Source: Candidatus Cryosericum sp. (GTDB taxonomy: Bacteria; Caldisericota; Caldisericia; Cryosericales; Cryosericaceae). Taken from it: a stretch of DNA of 13,316 bases. The translations under genes and the position numbers were made by a program. This document shows positions 1 to 6,294 of this stretch, in pieces. The stretch covers positions 30,537 to 43,852 of the forward strand of contig JBNAWM010000001.1 in assembly GCA_049699855.1 (NCBI GenBank), in the 5' to 3' direction. Every line of letters starts with the position of its first letter. Position 1 is the stretch's first letter. The notes beneath the pieces were generated by a model, which did not search any database, was not told where the DNA came from, and worked only from the letters and a program-made list of their open reading frames with translations.

Positions 1-943
1 GCTGCAAATTGATCTTGTCGGGAGTCTTGACCTCCCATGGGAGGCTGATCAGCCAATCGAGATAGGTCCTGATAACAGAGCTCTCGGGGCTCATGGCAGG
101 CGTTTTTGCAAGTCGAGCCAGCTCCTCGTCGATCTTGTCGCGAACGTATCCGGGCGCACGCAGCTTCTCCAGCTTCTGTCTGTACTCACCGACTTCGCCC
201 GCTTCGTCTCCCTCCTCGCCAAGCTCCTTCTCTATTGCCCTGACCTGTTCACGCAAATAGTACTCGCGCTGTGACTGGTCGATTTTTGCCTTTACGTCAC
301 CCTCGATCTTCCGAGCAAGCTCTAACACGTAGATCTCTTTGGCCAGGAGCTCAGCGATGCGATGAAGCCTCTCTTCGGCATCCAGCGTGGAAAGGAGCAT
401 CTGGCGATCCTCGGCTCCAATGAGGAGACTGCTCGCAACGAGATCCGCAAATCGATCGGGCTCCGTGACTCCGGAGACATTGTTTACCGATTCAGATGGC
501 AGTTTCTTGGAAAGCTCGACGTACTGAGAGAACTGATCCAGGACGACACGCATCAATGCCTGCCGCTCTGTCGACGTCTTCTCATCGACAGCCAGTGGCT
601 CAATCGTAGCGATCAGCATGTCATTCTCGGTTCGGACGTTCGAGATGTGGACCCTTCGAACGCCTTCAACCAGGACGCGGTCACTGCCGTCAGGCAGCTT
701 CAGAAGCTGAAGGATCTCTGCTCCCACACCAACATCGTAGAGATCCGACAGTTCTGGATCTTCGTTCGATTCATCCTTCTGACAGACCAGCACAACCTTT
801 CGGTTGCCCGCCAGGGCCGACTCAATGCTCTTCAGCGACTTTGGCCGCCCAACAAACAGGGGAAGGACATGATATGGAAAAACCACTACATTCCGCAATG
901 GAATCAAAGGTGCTTCAGCCAGTTCCCACTCTCGCTCGCTCAT
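1..943 (-). CDS. lon: ATP-dependent Lon protease (endopeptidase La), N-terminal part; runs off the window edge
   Basis: Absent from the ORF track because it has no stop in the window. Manual translation from ATG at 943 gives MSEREWELAEAPLIPLRNVVVFPYHVLPLFVGRPKS...QLLKLPDGSDRVLVEG...QREYYLREQ...SPESSVIRTYLDWLISLPW, which are Lon N-domain and linker motifs. It follows clpX. An in-frame ATG at 952 lies only 1 nt from the SD, so 943 is preferred. Confidence 0.96.
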   Translation of the reverse strand, partial: MSEREWELAEAPLIPLRNVVVFPYHVLPLFVGRPKSLKSIESALAGNRKVVLVCQKDESNEDPELSDLYDVGVGAEILQLLKLPDGSDRVLVEGVRRVHISNVRTENDMLIATIEPLAVDEKTSTERQALMRVVLDQFSQYVELSKKLPSESVNNVSGVTEPDRFADLVASSLLIGAEDRQMLLSTLDAEERLHRIAELLAKEIYVLELARKIEGDVKAKIDQSQREYYLREQVRAIEKELGEEGDEAGEVGEYRQKLEKLRAPGYVRDKIDEELARLAKTPAMSPESSVIRTYLDWLISLPWEVKTPDKINLQ

Positions 944-953
944 GGATTTCATC

Positions 954-960
954 CCTCCTT
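954..960 (-). promoter_or_regulatory. Shine-Dalgarno AAGGAGG for lon
   Basis: Minus strand reads TGA(clpX stop)-AAGGAGG-GATGAAATCC-ATG; 10 nt spacing to the ATG at 943. Confidence 0.8.
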
Positions 961-2199
961 TCAGGCAGATTCGGGAAGCACAACGCGTTCGGTCGTTCCA
1001 TCGATCTTCTTCGTCACGATCTCGTGGTCTTTGGAGAAGAACTCGTCGCCAACAATTACCTCGTGAACGCCTACAAAAGACGGGAGTTCAAACATGAGGT
1101 CGACCATCGGCTGATCTACGACGGATTTCAACCCGCGGGCCCCCATTCCCATTTCTTTGGCTTTGTCCGCAATGCGCTCCAGTGCAGCATCGGTGAAGCT
1201 GAGATTCACTCCATCCATTGCAAACAGCTCCTGATACTGCTGAATGATCGAATTCCTGGGTTCAACCAGAATCCGCTTTAAATCCATCGATGAAAGCTCC
1301 TGAAGCTCCAGCTTGAGTGGAAATCTCCCCACCAGTTCAGGCAGCATGCCAAATTTGATGAAGTCAGAGCTCCTGAGGGTTGCTCCCTCTGCGTCGGCAT
1401 GTTCATGAACAAAACCGACTTCTCTGGGCGTTGATCGCAGCTGTCTGATCTTGTCCAGCCCGTCAAAGGTTCCGCCTCCGATGAAAAGGACATCCCGGGT
1501 ATTGAACTTGATGTACTCCTGCAGGGGATGCTTGCGGCCTCCCTGTGGCGGCACGTTTGCAATCGTCCCTTCGACAATCTTGAGCAACGCCTGCTGCACT
1601 CCCTCACCACTAACATCGCGCGTAATCGAGGGATTCTCGGACTTCCGTCCAATCTTGTCGATCTCATCGATGTAGACGATGCCACACTCGGCTCGTGGAA
1701 TATCGAAATTCGTTGCCTGCAGGAGTCCGAGGAGGATGTTCTCGACATCTTCGCCCACATAACCCGCCTCGGTCAACGTCGTCGCATCCGCTATAGTAAA
1801 CGGTACATCAAGAATCCGGGCGAGTGTCCGCGCCAGGTACGTCTTGCCCACTCCGGTCGGCCCTGAAAGCAGGATGTTGGACTTCTCGATCTCCACTTTC
1901 GAATTTTGTTTCGCTCTCAGCCGCTTATAGTGGTTGTAGGCTCCAACGGCCAGAGCTTTCTTGACCTCGTTCTGGCCGATGACGTATTCGTTCAGGCGGT
2001 CGTAGATTTCCTTCGGCCTCAGTGACTTGAACTCAACGGAATGGCTCTCCTGCCTGGACTGCTGGATAATCTGGCTGCCTCGCTCAATGCAGTCATCGCA
2101 GATGTATGACCCGTCAAGCCCCTTGACCAGAAGACCGACTTCACTCGACTTCTTTCCGCAGAATGAACAAGTTGGTTCGTCGTTGCTGCGGCTAGCCAT
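961..2199 (-). CDS. clpX: ATP-dependent Clp protease ATP-binding subunit ClpX
   Basis: C4 zinc finger (CSFC...CDDC), Walker A GPTGVGKT, pore loop GYVG, Walker [24 protein letters not shown] loop and VGF docking motif. Confidence 0.98.
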   Translation of the reverse strand: MASRSNDEPTCSFCGKKSSEVGLLVKGLDGSYICDDCIERGSQIIQQSRQESHSVEFKSLRPKEIYDRLNEYVIGQNEVKKALAVGAYNHYKRLRAKQNSKVEIEKSNILLSGPTGVGKTYLARTLARILDVPFTIADATTLTEAGYVGEDVENILLGLLQATNFDIPRAECGIVYIDEIDKIGRKSENPSITRDVSGEGVQQALLKIVEGTIANVPPQGGRKHPLQEYIKFNTRDVLFIGGGTFDGLDKIRQLRSTPREVGFVHEHADAEGATLRSSDFIKFGMLPELVGRFPLKLELQELSSMDLKRILVEPRNSIIQQYQELFAMDGVNLSFTDAALERIADKAKEMGMGARGLKSVVDQPMVDLMFELPSFVGVHEVIVGDEFFSKDHEIVTKKIDGTTERVVLPESA

Positions 2200-2812
2200 T
2201 CTTCCCCGGGGGAGTAGCTTCCCCTACAACGCCGATCTTCGAGATAACCTGGTCGACAATGCCGTATTCAACTGCTTCACTGGCAGACATGAAGAAGTCT
2301 CGCTCAGTGTCGCGCCGCACCACGTCGAGAGGTTTTCCCGTATGGGACGCCAGAATACTGCTGACGGACTCTTTGATACGAAGGATCTCCTTCGCCTGAA
2401 TCTCAATGTCGGTGGCCTGTCCCTGTGCGCCACCCCAAGGCTGATGAATCATGATGCGCGAATTCGGCAGGGCAAATCGCTTGCCCTTGCGCCCTGCCGC
2501 AAGCAGTACGGCAGCGAGACTGGCCGCCTGACCGAGGCAAATTGTGGAAACTGGAGCATTGATATACTGCATCGTATCATAGATAGCCATGCCGGGAGTA
2601 ACTTCGCCCCCGACGCTGTTAATATACAGGTAAATATCCTTGGTGGCATTCTCGGCTGTGAGATACAGCATTTCGGCAACAATCAAGTTGGAGACCTGAG
2701 TATCAATCTCGCCCCCAAGGAATACAATGCGGTCTCTGAGCAAGCGTGAATAGATGTCGTAGCCGCGCTCCCCATGAACGGTCTGCTCAACAACGTATGG
2801 AATCACACTCAT
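2192..2812 (-). CDS. clpP: ATP-dependent Clp protease proteolytic subunit ClpP
   Basis: [11 protein letters not shown] motif; catalytic triad S98 (GQAASL), H123 (MIHQP), D172 (ERDFF); ATGA overlap with tig and 8-nt overlap with clpX. Confidence 0.98.
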   Translation of the reverse strand: MSVIPYVVEQTVHGERGYDIYSRLLRDRIVFLGGEIDTQVSNLIVAEMLYLTAENATKDIYLYINSVGGEVTPGMAIYDTMQYINAPVSTICLGQAASLAAVLLAAGRKGKRFALPNSRIMIHQPWGGAQGQATDIEIQAKEILRIKESVSSILASHTGKPLDVVRRDTERDFFMSASEAVEYGIVDQVISKIGVVGEATPPGKNG

Positions 2813-4080
2813 TTTTCCTCCTGCCCGGCTTCATCGGGCTTCTTCACCACGACCGAGTCGAGAATCAAATCGCGCGTCTTCTCCCACTCAATGATGTTGC
2901 GTACCGTCTTCCGCCCGCCGTCTTCCGACACATCGACCCCTGCTTTGGCCAACTCACCCTTATGCAATTCCACATAGGCGTCGATTTCGGCATCTTCAAC
3001 AACAATGTCACAAGATCTCTCGGTCGCTTCCATCAGGAGATCGCGCTGAAGCAGCCGAACTGCGTCTGCTTCGACATCCTTGTTCAACTGCTCCATGTCA
3101 ATGTTATTGTACTTCAGGTACTCATTGAGGGAAAGGCCATTCCGAGAAAGACTCTCCTTGATTTCGTCAAGACGTCCTTGGGTAGCATCTCGCCGAACGT
3201 ATCCGGGAAAATCAATGCCAAGCTTCGCGGCTGCAATCTGGATAGCTTGCTCGAACAGAGTTTCTTTGCGACTCTCGTCGGCTTTGCGCTGTTCATCGCG
3301 TTCGATCGTGCTGCGAAGCTCCTCGAGGGAGCTGAAGGCACCAACGGTCTTTGCGAATTCATCATCCACCTCTGGAACGTGCTTTTCTGCAATGGCATCC
3401 ACAGTGATGTCGCCTTCCAGATCACTTTCCTTGAGATGCACGTTGAAGTGCTTGGACTCGCCGACATTCATTCCCGACACCACGGGCTCGTAGACCTGCC
3501 CCACCTCACCGTCGCCGAGCGTGAATTCCGTACGATATGGGTTCGCTGACTTGGCAGTGGCGATGCTGACACTGACTGTATCGCCGCGACCCGCGGGACC
3601 TTCCTTCGGGACGGTCTCTGTCACTGCGTCAACAAGGGCTCTTATCCTGCCCTCAACGGCTCGAGCTGTGTCGACAGGGACTTCCTCCACCTCAATGCCA
3701 TGCCACATCTCACGATCGGCCTTTGGCATCTCGAAGACACGCACATCGACGACAAGACGGGCGGGTTCGCCTTCGCCCTCGAACGTCGAGTTGACGATCT
3801 CCGGCTCAAAGATCAACGCATCAGTGTCTTCGTGTTCCTTCAGGAATGTGACGTAGGCCTGAGAGGCAGCCTTTTGCACAACGTCATCCTTCACTTCTTC
3901 AGCATCGACATATTTCGTGACGATGGAGAGAGGTGCCTTGCCAGGCCGAAATCCGGGAATGCGCATTTTCCTGGCCATTGCCAGCATGGCGTCGCGCCGC
4001 ATGACAGAGAGCTCGTCATTATTGAACGTTGCAGAAAGTGTGATTGAGTTGCCATTCTTGCTCGTTGTGGTGTATTCCAT
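2809..4080 (-). CDS. tig: Trigger factor
   Basis: Ribosome-binding signature [19 protein letters not shown] linker, 423 aa, position upstream of clpP-clpX-lon. Confidence 0.96.
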   Translation of the reverse strand: MEYTTTSKNGNSITLSATFNNDELSVMRRDAMLAMARKMRIPGFRPGKAPLSIVTKYVDAEEVKDDVVQKAASQAYVTFLKEHEDTDALIFEPEIVNSTFEGEGEPARLVVDVRVFEMPKADREMWHGIEVEEVPVDTARAVEGRIRALVDAVTETVPKEGPAGRGDTVSVSIATAKSANPYRTEFTLGDGEVGQVYEPVVSGMNVGESKHFNVHLKESDLEGDITVDAIAEKHVPEVDDEFAKTVGAFSSLEELRSTIERDEQRKADESRKETLFEQAIQIAAAKLGIDFPGYVRRDATQGRLDEIKESLSRNGLSLNEYLKYNNIDMEQLNKDVEADAVRLLQRDLLMEATERSCDIVVEDAEIDAYVELHKGELAKAGVDVSEDGGRKTVRNIIEWEKTRDLILDSVVVKKPDEAGQEEK

Positions 4081-4083
4081 CGT

Positions 4084-4090
4084 CTCCTCC
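4084..4090 (-). promoter_or_regulatory. Shine-Dalgarno GGAGGAG for tig
   Basis: Minus strand reads CCA(tRNA-Leu end)-ATCT-GGAGGAG-ACG-ATG. Confidence 0.8.
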
Positions 4091-4094
4091 AGAT

Positions 4095-4179
4095 TGGTGC
4101 GAAGGGCGGGAGTCGAACCCGCAAGGAATTACCCACTGGATCCTAAGTCCAGCGCGTCTGCCAGTTCCGCCACCCTCGC
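4095..4179 (-). tRNA. tRNA-Leu(TAG)
   Basis: 85 nt; acceptor GCGAGGG/CCTTCGC, anticodon arm CTGGA-CT-TAG-GA-TCCAG, long variable arm, GGTTCGACT T-loop, A73, encoded CCA. Confidence 0.97.
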
Positions 4180-4225
4180 TGAATATTCACTGACATCGCA
4201 GGGAACTGAATCTCTGGGCAAGTCA

Positions 4226-4301
4226 TGGTGGGTCGTACAGGACTTGAACCTGTAACCGCCTGATTAAGAGTCAGATGCTCTACCAATTGAGCTAACGACC
4301 C
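4226..4301 (-). tRNA. tRNA-Lys(CTT)
   Basis: 76 nt; GGGTCGT/ACGACCC acceptor, TCTGA-CT-CTT-AA-TCAGG anticodon arm, GGTTCAAGT, encoded CCA. Confidence 0.97.
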
Positions 4302-4318
4302 ATAACTTGAACAGAACG

Positions 4319-4346
4319 ATTATATGACGTTTCACAGGCATGTCAA
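4319..4346 (-). promoter_or_regulatory. Consensus sigma70/sigmaA promoter TTGACA-N16-TATAAT for tRNA-Lys, tRNA-Leu and probably tig-clpP-clpX-lon
   Basis: Plus-strand tgtcaa at 4341-4346 (TTGACA) and attata at 4319-4324 (TATAAT) with a 16-bp spacer. The predicted start site near 4312 is about 10 nt upstream of tRNA-Lys. Confidence 0.88.
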
Positions 4347-4405
4347 GAAGCGCCTGTTCCATCCTGCACATTCTTTGAGACATGAGTTAACGGCGGTTCC
4401 ATAAA

Positions 4406-4482
4406 TGGCGCGCCCAGCAGGAGTCGAACCCGCAACCTGCGGATCCGAAGTCCGCAGCTCTATCCAGTTGAGCTATGGGCGC
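4406..4482 (-). tRNA. tRNA-Arg(TCG)
   Basis: 77 nt; GCGCCCA/TGGGCGC acceptor, D-loop with A20 (GGATA), GCGGA-CT-TCG-GA-TCCGC anticodon arm, G73, encoded CCA. Confidence 0.96.
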
Positions 4483-4496
4483 TCGCCTGACGACAC

Positions 4497-4573
4497 TGGT
4501 GCGCTTAGCAGGACTCGAACCTGCGGCCTACGGATTAGGAATCCATCGCTCTATCCGCCTGAGCTATAAGCGC
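4497..4573 (-). tRNA. tRNA-Arg(CCT)
   Basis: 77 nt; GCGCTTA/TAAGCGC acceptor, ATGGA-TT-CCT-AA-TCCGT anticodon arm, A20, encoded CCA. Confidence 0.96.
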
Positions 4574-4617
4574 AGTTCTGCAAGGCGCACACAAAAACGC
4601 CGTGACAATGCAGGAAA

Positions 4618-4695
4618 TGGGGTGGGTAAGGAGACTCGAACTCCCAACATCTGGATCCACAGTCCAGTACTCTAACCAATTGAGCTATACCCACC
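4618..4695 (-). tRNA. tRNA-His(GTG), including genomically encoded G-1
   Basis: G-1 at 4695 opposite C73; GTGGGTA/TACCCAC acceptor; CTGGA-CT-GTG-GA-TCCAG anticodon arm; encoded CCA. Confidence 0.97.
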
Positions 4696-4704
4696 ATATT
4701 GCAC

Positions 4705-4781
4705 TGGCGAGCCCAGCAGGATTTGAACCTGCGACCGACGGATTAGAAATCCGTTGCTCTATCCAGCTGAGCTATGGGCCC
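4705..4781 (-). tRNA. tRNA-Arg(TCT)
   Basis: 77 nt; GGGCCCA/TGGGCTC acceptor, ACGGA-TT-TCT-AA-TCCGT anticodon arm, A20, encoded CCA. Confidence 0.96.
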
Positions 4782-4782
4782 A

Positions 4783-4859
4783 TGGTCGGGGCGAGTGGAT
4801 TTGAACCACCGATCTCATGGTCCCAAACCATGCGCGTTACCAAGCTACGCTACACCCCG
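4783..4859 (-). tRNA. tRNA-Pro(TGG)
   Basis: 77 nt; C1-G72 acceptor CGGGGTG/CGCCCCG, CATGG-TT-TGG-GA-CCATG anticodon arm, A73, encoded CCA. Confidence 0.97.
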
Positions 4860-4868
4860 AACGAAAAG

Positions 4869-4896
4869 AGAATACACGTGATCAGCCAAAAATCAA
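4869..4896 (-). promoter_or_regulatory. Putative sigma70-type promoter TTGATT-N16-TATTCT for the Pro-Arg-His-Arg-Arg tRNA block
   Basis: Plus-strand aatcaa at 4891-4896 and agaata at 4869-4874 give 4/6 matches to each consensus box with a 16-bp spacer, fitting the 39-nt gap between rdgB and tRNA-Pro. Confidence 0.5.
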
Positions 4897-4898
4897 GG

Positions 4899-5501
4899 TC
4901 ACAGGCCAGGTGTTTCCTGCACGAAGCTCCAAAGTCTTGCCGCCGCAACAGCACGATGACTGATTCGATTCTTCAAACTTGCATCCATTTGTGCGAAGGT
5001 GAGTGAGTATCCTTCGGGCACAAACAGAGGATCGTACCCGAAACCTTCCAGCCCCTGTGGTTCGGCTCGCACAATCCCGGACGCTGTTCCTTCGACTGAG
5101 AAACAACCCTCATGCCACGGCACGAAAGCTACGATCCAGCATACAAAACGAGCGGGCGTGCTTGAGACCTGTCGGTCTCGGAGAAATGCGGTCAGTGCAG
5201 TCCGTTCGTGGAAACCAGCATAGGTGAAGCGTGCCGAGTGCACTCGGAGAATGCTGCCAAACTCCGGCAGCTCCAGTCCTGAGTCGTCGGCCATGACAAT
5301 GACATGTTCGTGCGCAGCAGCGGGCTCGCTCAGGTATCCAGCTCTTGCCTTCCGGTAGGCGTTTTGATAGTAGGTAGCCCCGGTCTCACGGACGGCACCT
5401 GGGTTCAGGGACTCGACATCAAGCGGGCATCCCAGGCCAGCCAGAATGGCAGCAAATTCGTCGCGTTTGTGCTCGTTGCCAGTGACCAGTTTCAGCTTCA
5501 A
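4899..5501 (-). CDS. rdgB: Non-canonical purine NTP pyrophosphatase (RdgB/HAM1 family)
   Basis: TGNxxK, ETGxT..NA..KA, ADDSGL, SAR, GFGYDP and SHR motifs; TTG start overlapping the murI TGA stop. Confidence 0.94.
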   Translation of the reverse strand: MKLKLVTGNEHKRDEFAAILAGLGCPLDVESLNPGAVRETGATYYQNAYRKARAGYLSEPAAAHEHVIVMADDSGLELPEFGSILRVHSARFTYAGFHERTALTAFLRDRQVSSTPARFVCWIVAFVPWHEGCFSVEGTASGIVRAEPQGLEGFGYDPLFVPEGYSLTFAQMDASLKNRISHRAVAAARLWSFVQETPGL

Positions 5502-6286
5502 ACTGGCGCTACCTCAACTTCGCGCACATAGTCGCCCAGGAAGAGCCGGGCCTTGTCGAGAAAATCGTCGGGATTGCCGGTCGTGAAGAATCTGTCTGGC
5601 TGCCCGCTGGTTTTTATCAGCCTGCACTTCTCCAGGACCAGTGCGACTTCGTACGCGAGTTCCTTGCTGGGATCGACAACCTTGACAGAGGGTCCAAGAA
5701 TACTCTCCAGAAGGCTCGTCAAAAAGGGAAAGTGTGTACAGCCGAGAACCAGGGTGTCTGCTCCGAACTCCCTCGCTGGTTTCAGTACCTCGGATGCGTA
5801 TTCCGCGACTCCTCTGCCAGCAATACTCCCATTTTCGACAAGGTTGACCAGTTCCTGTGATTGAAGCTCAATCATCTCGACAGTAGGATCCATGACCCCC
5901 ATCGCTCTCAGATAGCCGTGGCTCTTCGCCGTTCCGGGCGTCGACAGCACAGCGACGCGGCCATTGCGGGTAGCCAGCTGTGCGCTCTTGACGCCGGCCG
6001 AAATCATGCCGAGGACCGGCACGTCCACGCGCTCCTGAATGTCAGGGAAGATGGCACTGGATGCGGTATTACATGCGACCACAACCATCTTTGCTCCGTG
6101 CTCTTTGAGAAATCCGATCAGGGTAGTGGCCCTGTCGATGACTTCCTCACGGGACTTGGTGCCGTAGGGAAAGAAACGAGAATCCGCTATATACATGACA
6201 GATTCGCGCGGAAGGCGATTCTTCAATTCCCGCACAACGGCCAGCCCGCCGACGCCCGAATCAAATACCCCTATGTAAGGCTGCAT
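5498..6286 (-). CDS. murI: Glutamate racemase
   Basis: IGVFDSGVGG, PYGTKS, both catalytic cysteine motifs ACNTA and LGCTHF; SD AGGAG upstream. Confidence 0.97.
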   Translation of the reverse strand: MQPYIGVFDSGVGGLAVVRELKNRLPRESVMYIADSRFFPYGTKSREEVIDRATTLIGFLKEHGAKMVVVACNTASSAIFPDIQERVDVPVLGMISAGVKSAQLATRNGRVAVLSTPGTAKSHGYLRAMGVMDPTVEMIELQSQELVNLVENGSIAGRGVAEYASEVLKPAREFGADTLVLGCTHFPFLTSLLESILGPSVKVVDPSKELAYEVALVLEKCRLIKTSGQPDRFFTTGNPDDFLDKARLFLGDYVREVEVAPV

Positions 6287-6294
6287 GGCTTCTC

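Noticed and set aside
362..1066. 234-aa plus-strand ORF
   Set aside because: Antisense shadow of lon and the end of clpX; no recognisable motifs, while the minus frame encodes clear Lon motifs.
2027..3549. Abutting plus-strand ORFs of 240 and 267 aa that look like an operon
   Set aside because: They mirror clpX/clpP and tig on the opposite strand. Their junction falls inside clpP and they show no family motifs.
4302..4405. Possible integration scar (att site) at tRNA 3' ends, including a 7-bp direct repeat gttccat at 4356 and 4396
   Set aside because: No duplicated tRNA 3' end, integrase or foreign DNA; a 7-bp repeat is expected by chance.
4574..4617. Imperfect stem (CTGCA/TGCAG around GGCG/CGCC) between tRNA-His and tRNA-Arg(CCT)
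   Set aside because: Weak, interrupted and without a following U-tract; not supportable as a terminator or ncRNA.
4095..4859. Recurring gaacc/gagcta motifs resembling a CRISPR or repeat array
   Set aside because: Explained by conserved T-arm and D-arm sequences of seven tRNAs; no identical repeats and no cas genes.
3891..5006. ORFs crossing the tRNA cluster (3891-4136, 3917-4255, 4475-4675, 4602-5006)
   Set aside because: These are translations of tRNA genes; the repeated GFEP/GLEP peptides are antisense T-loops.
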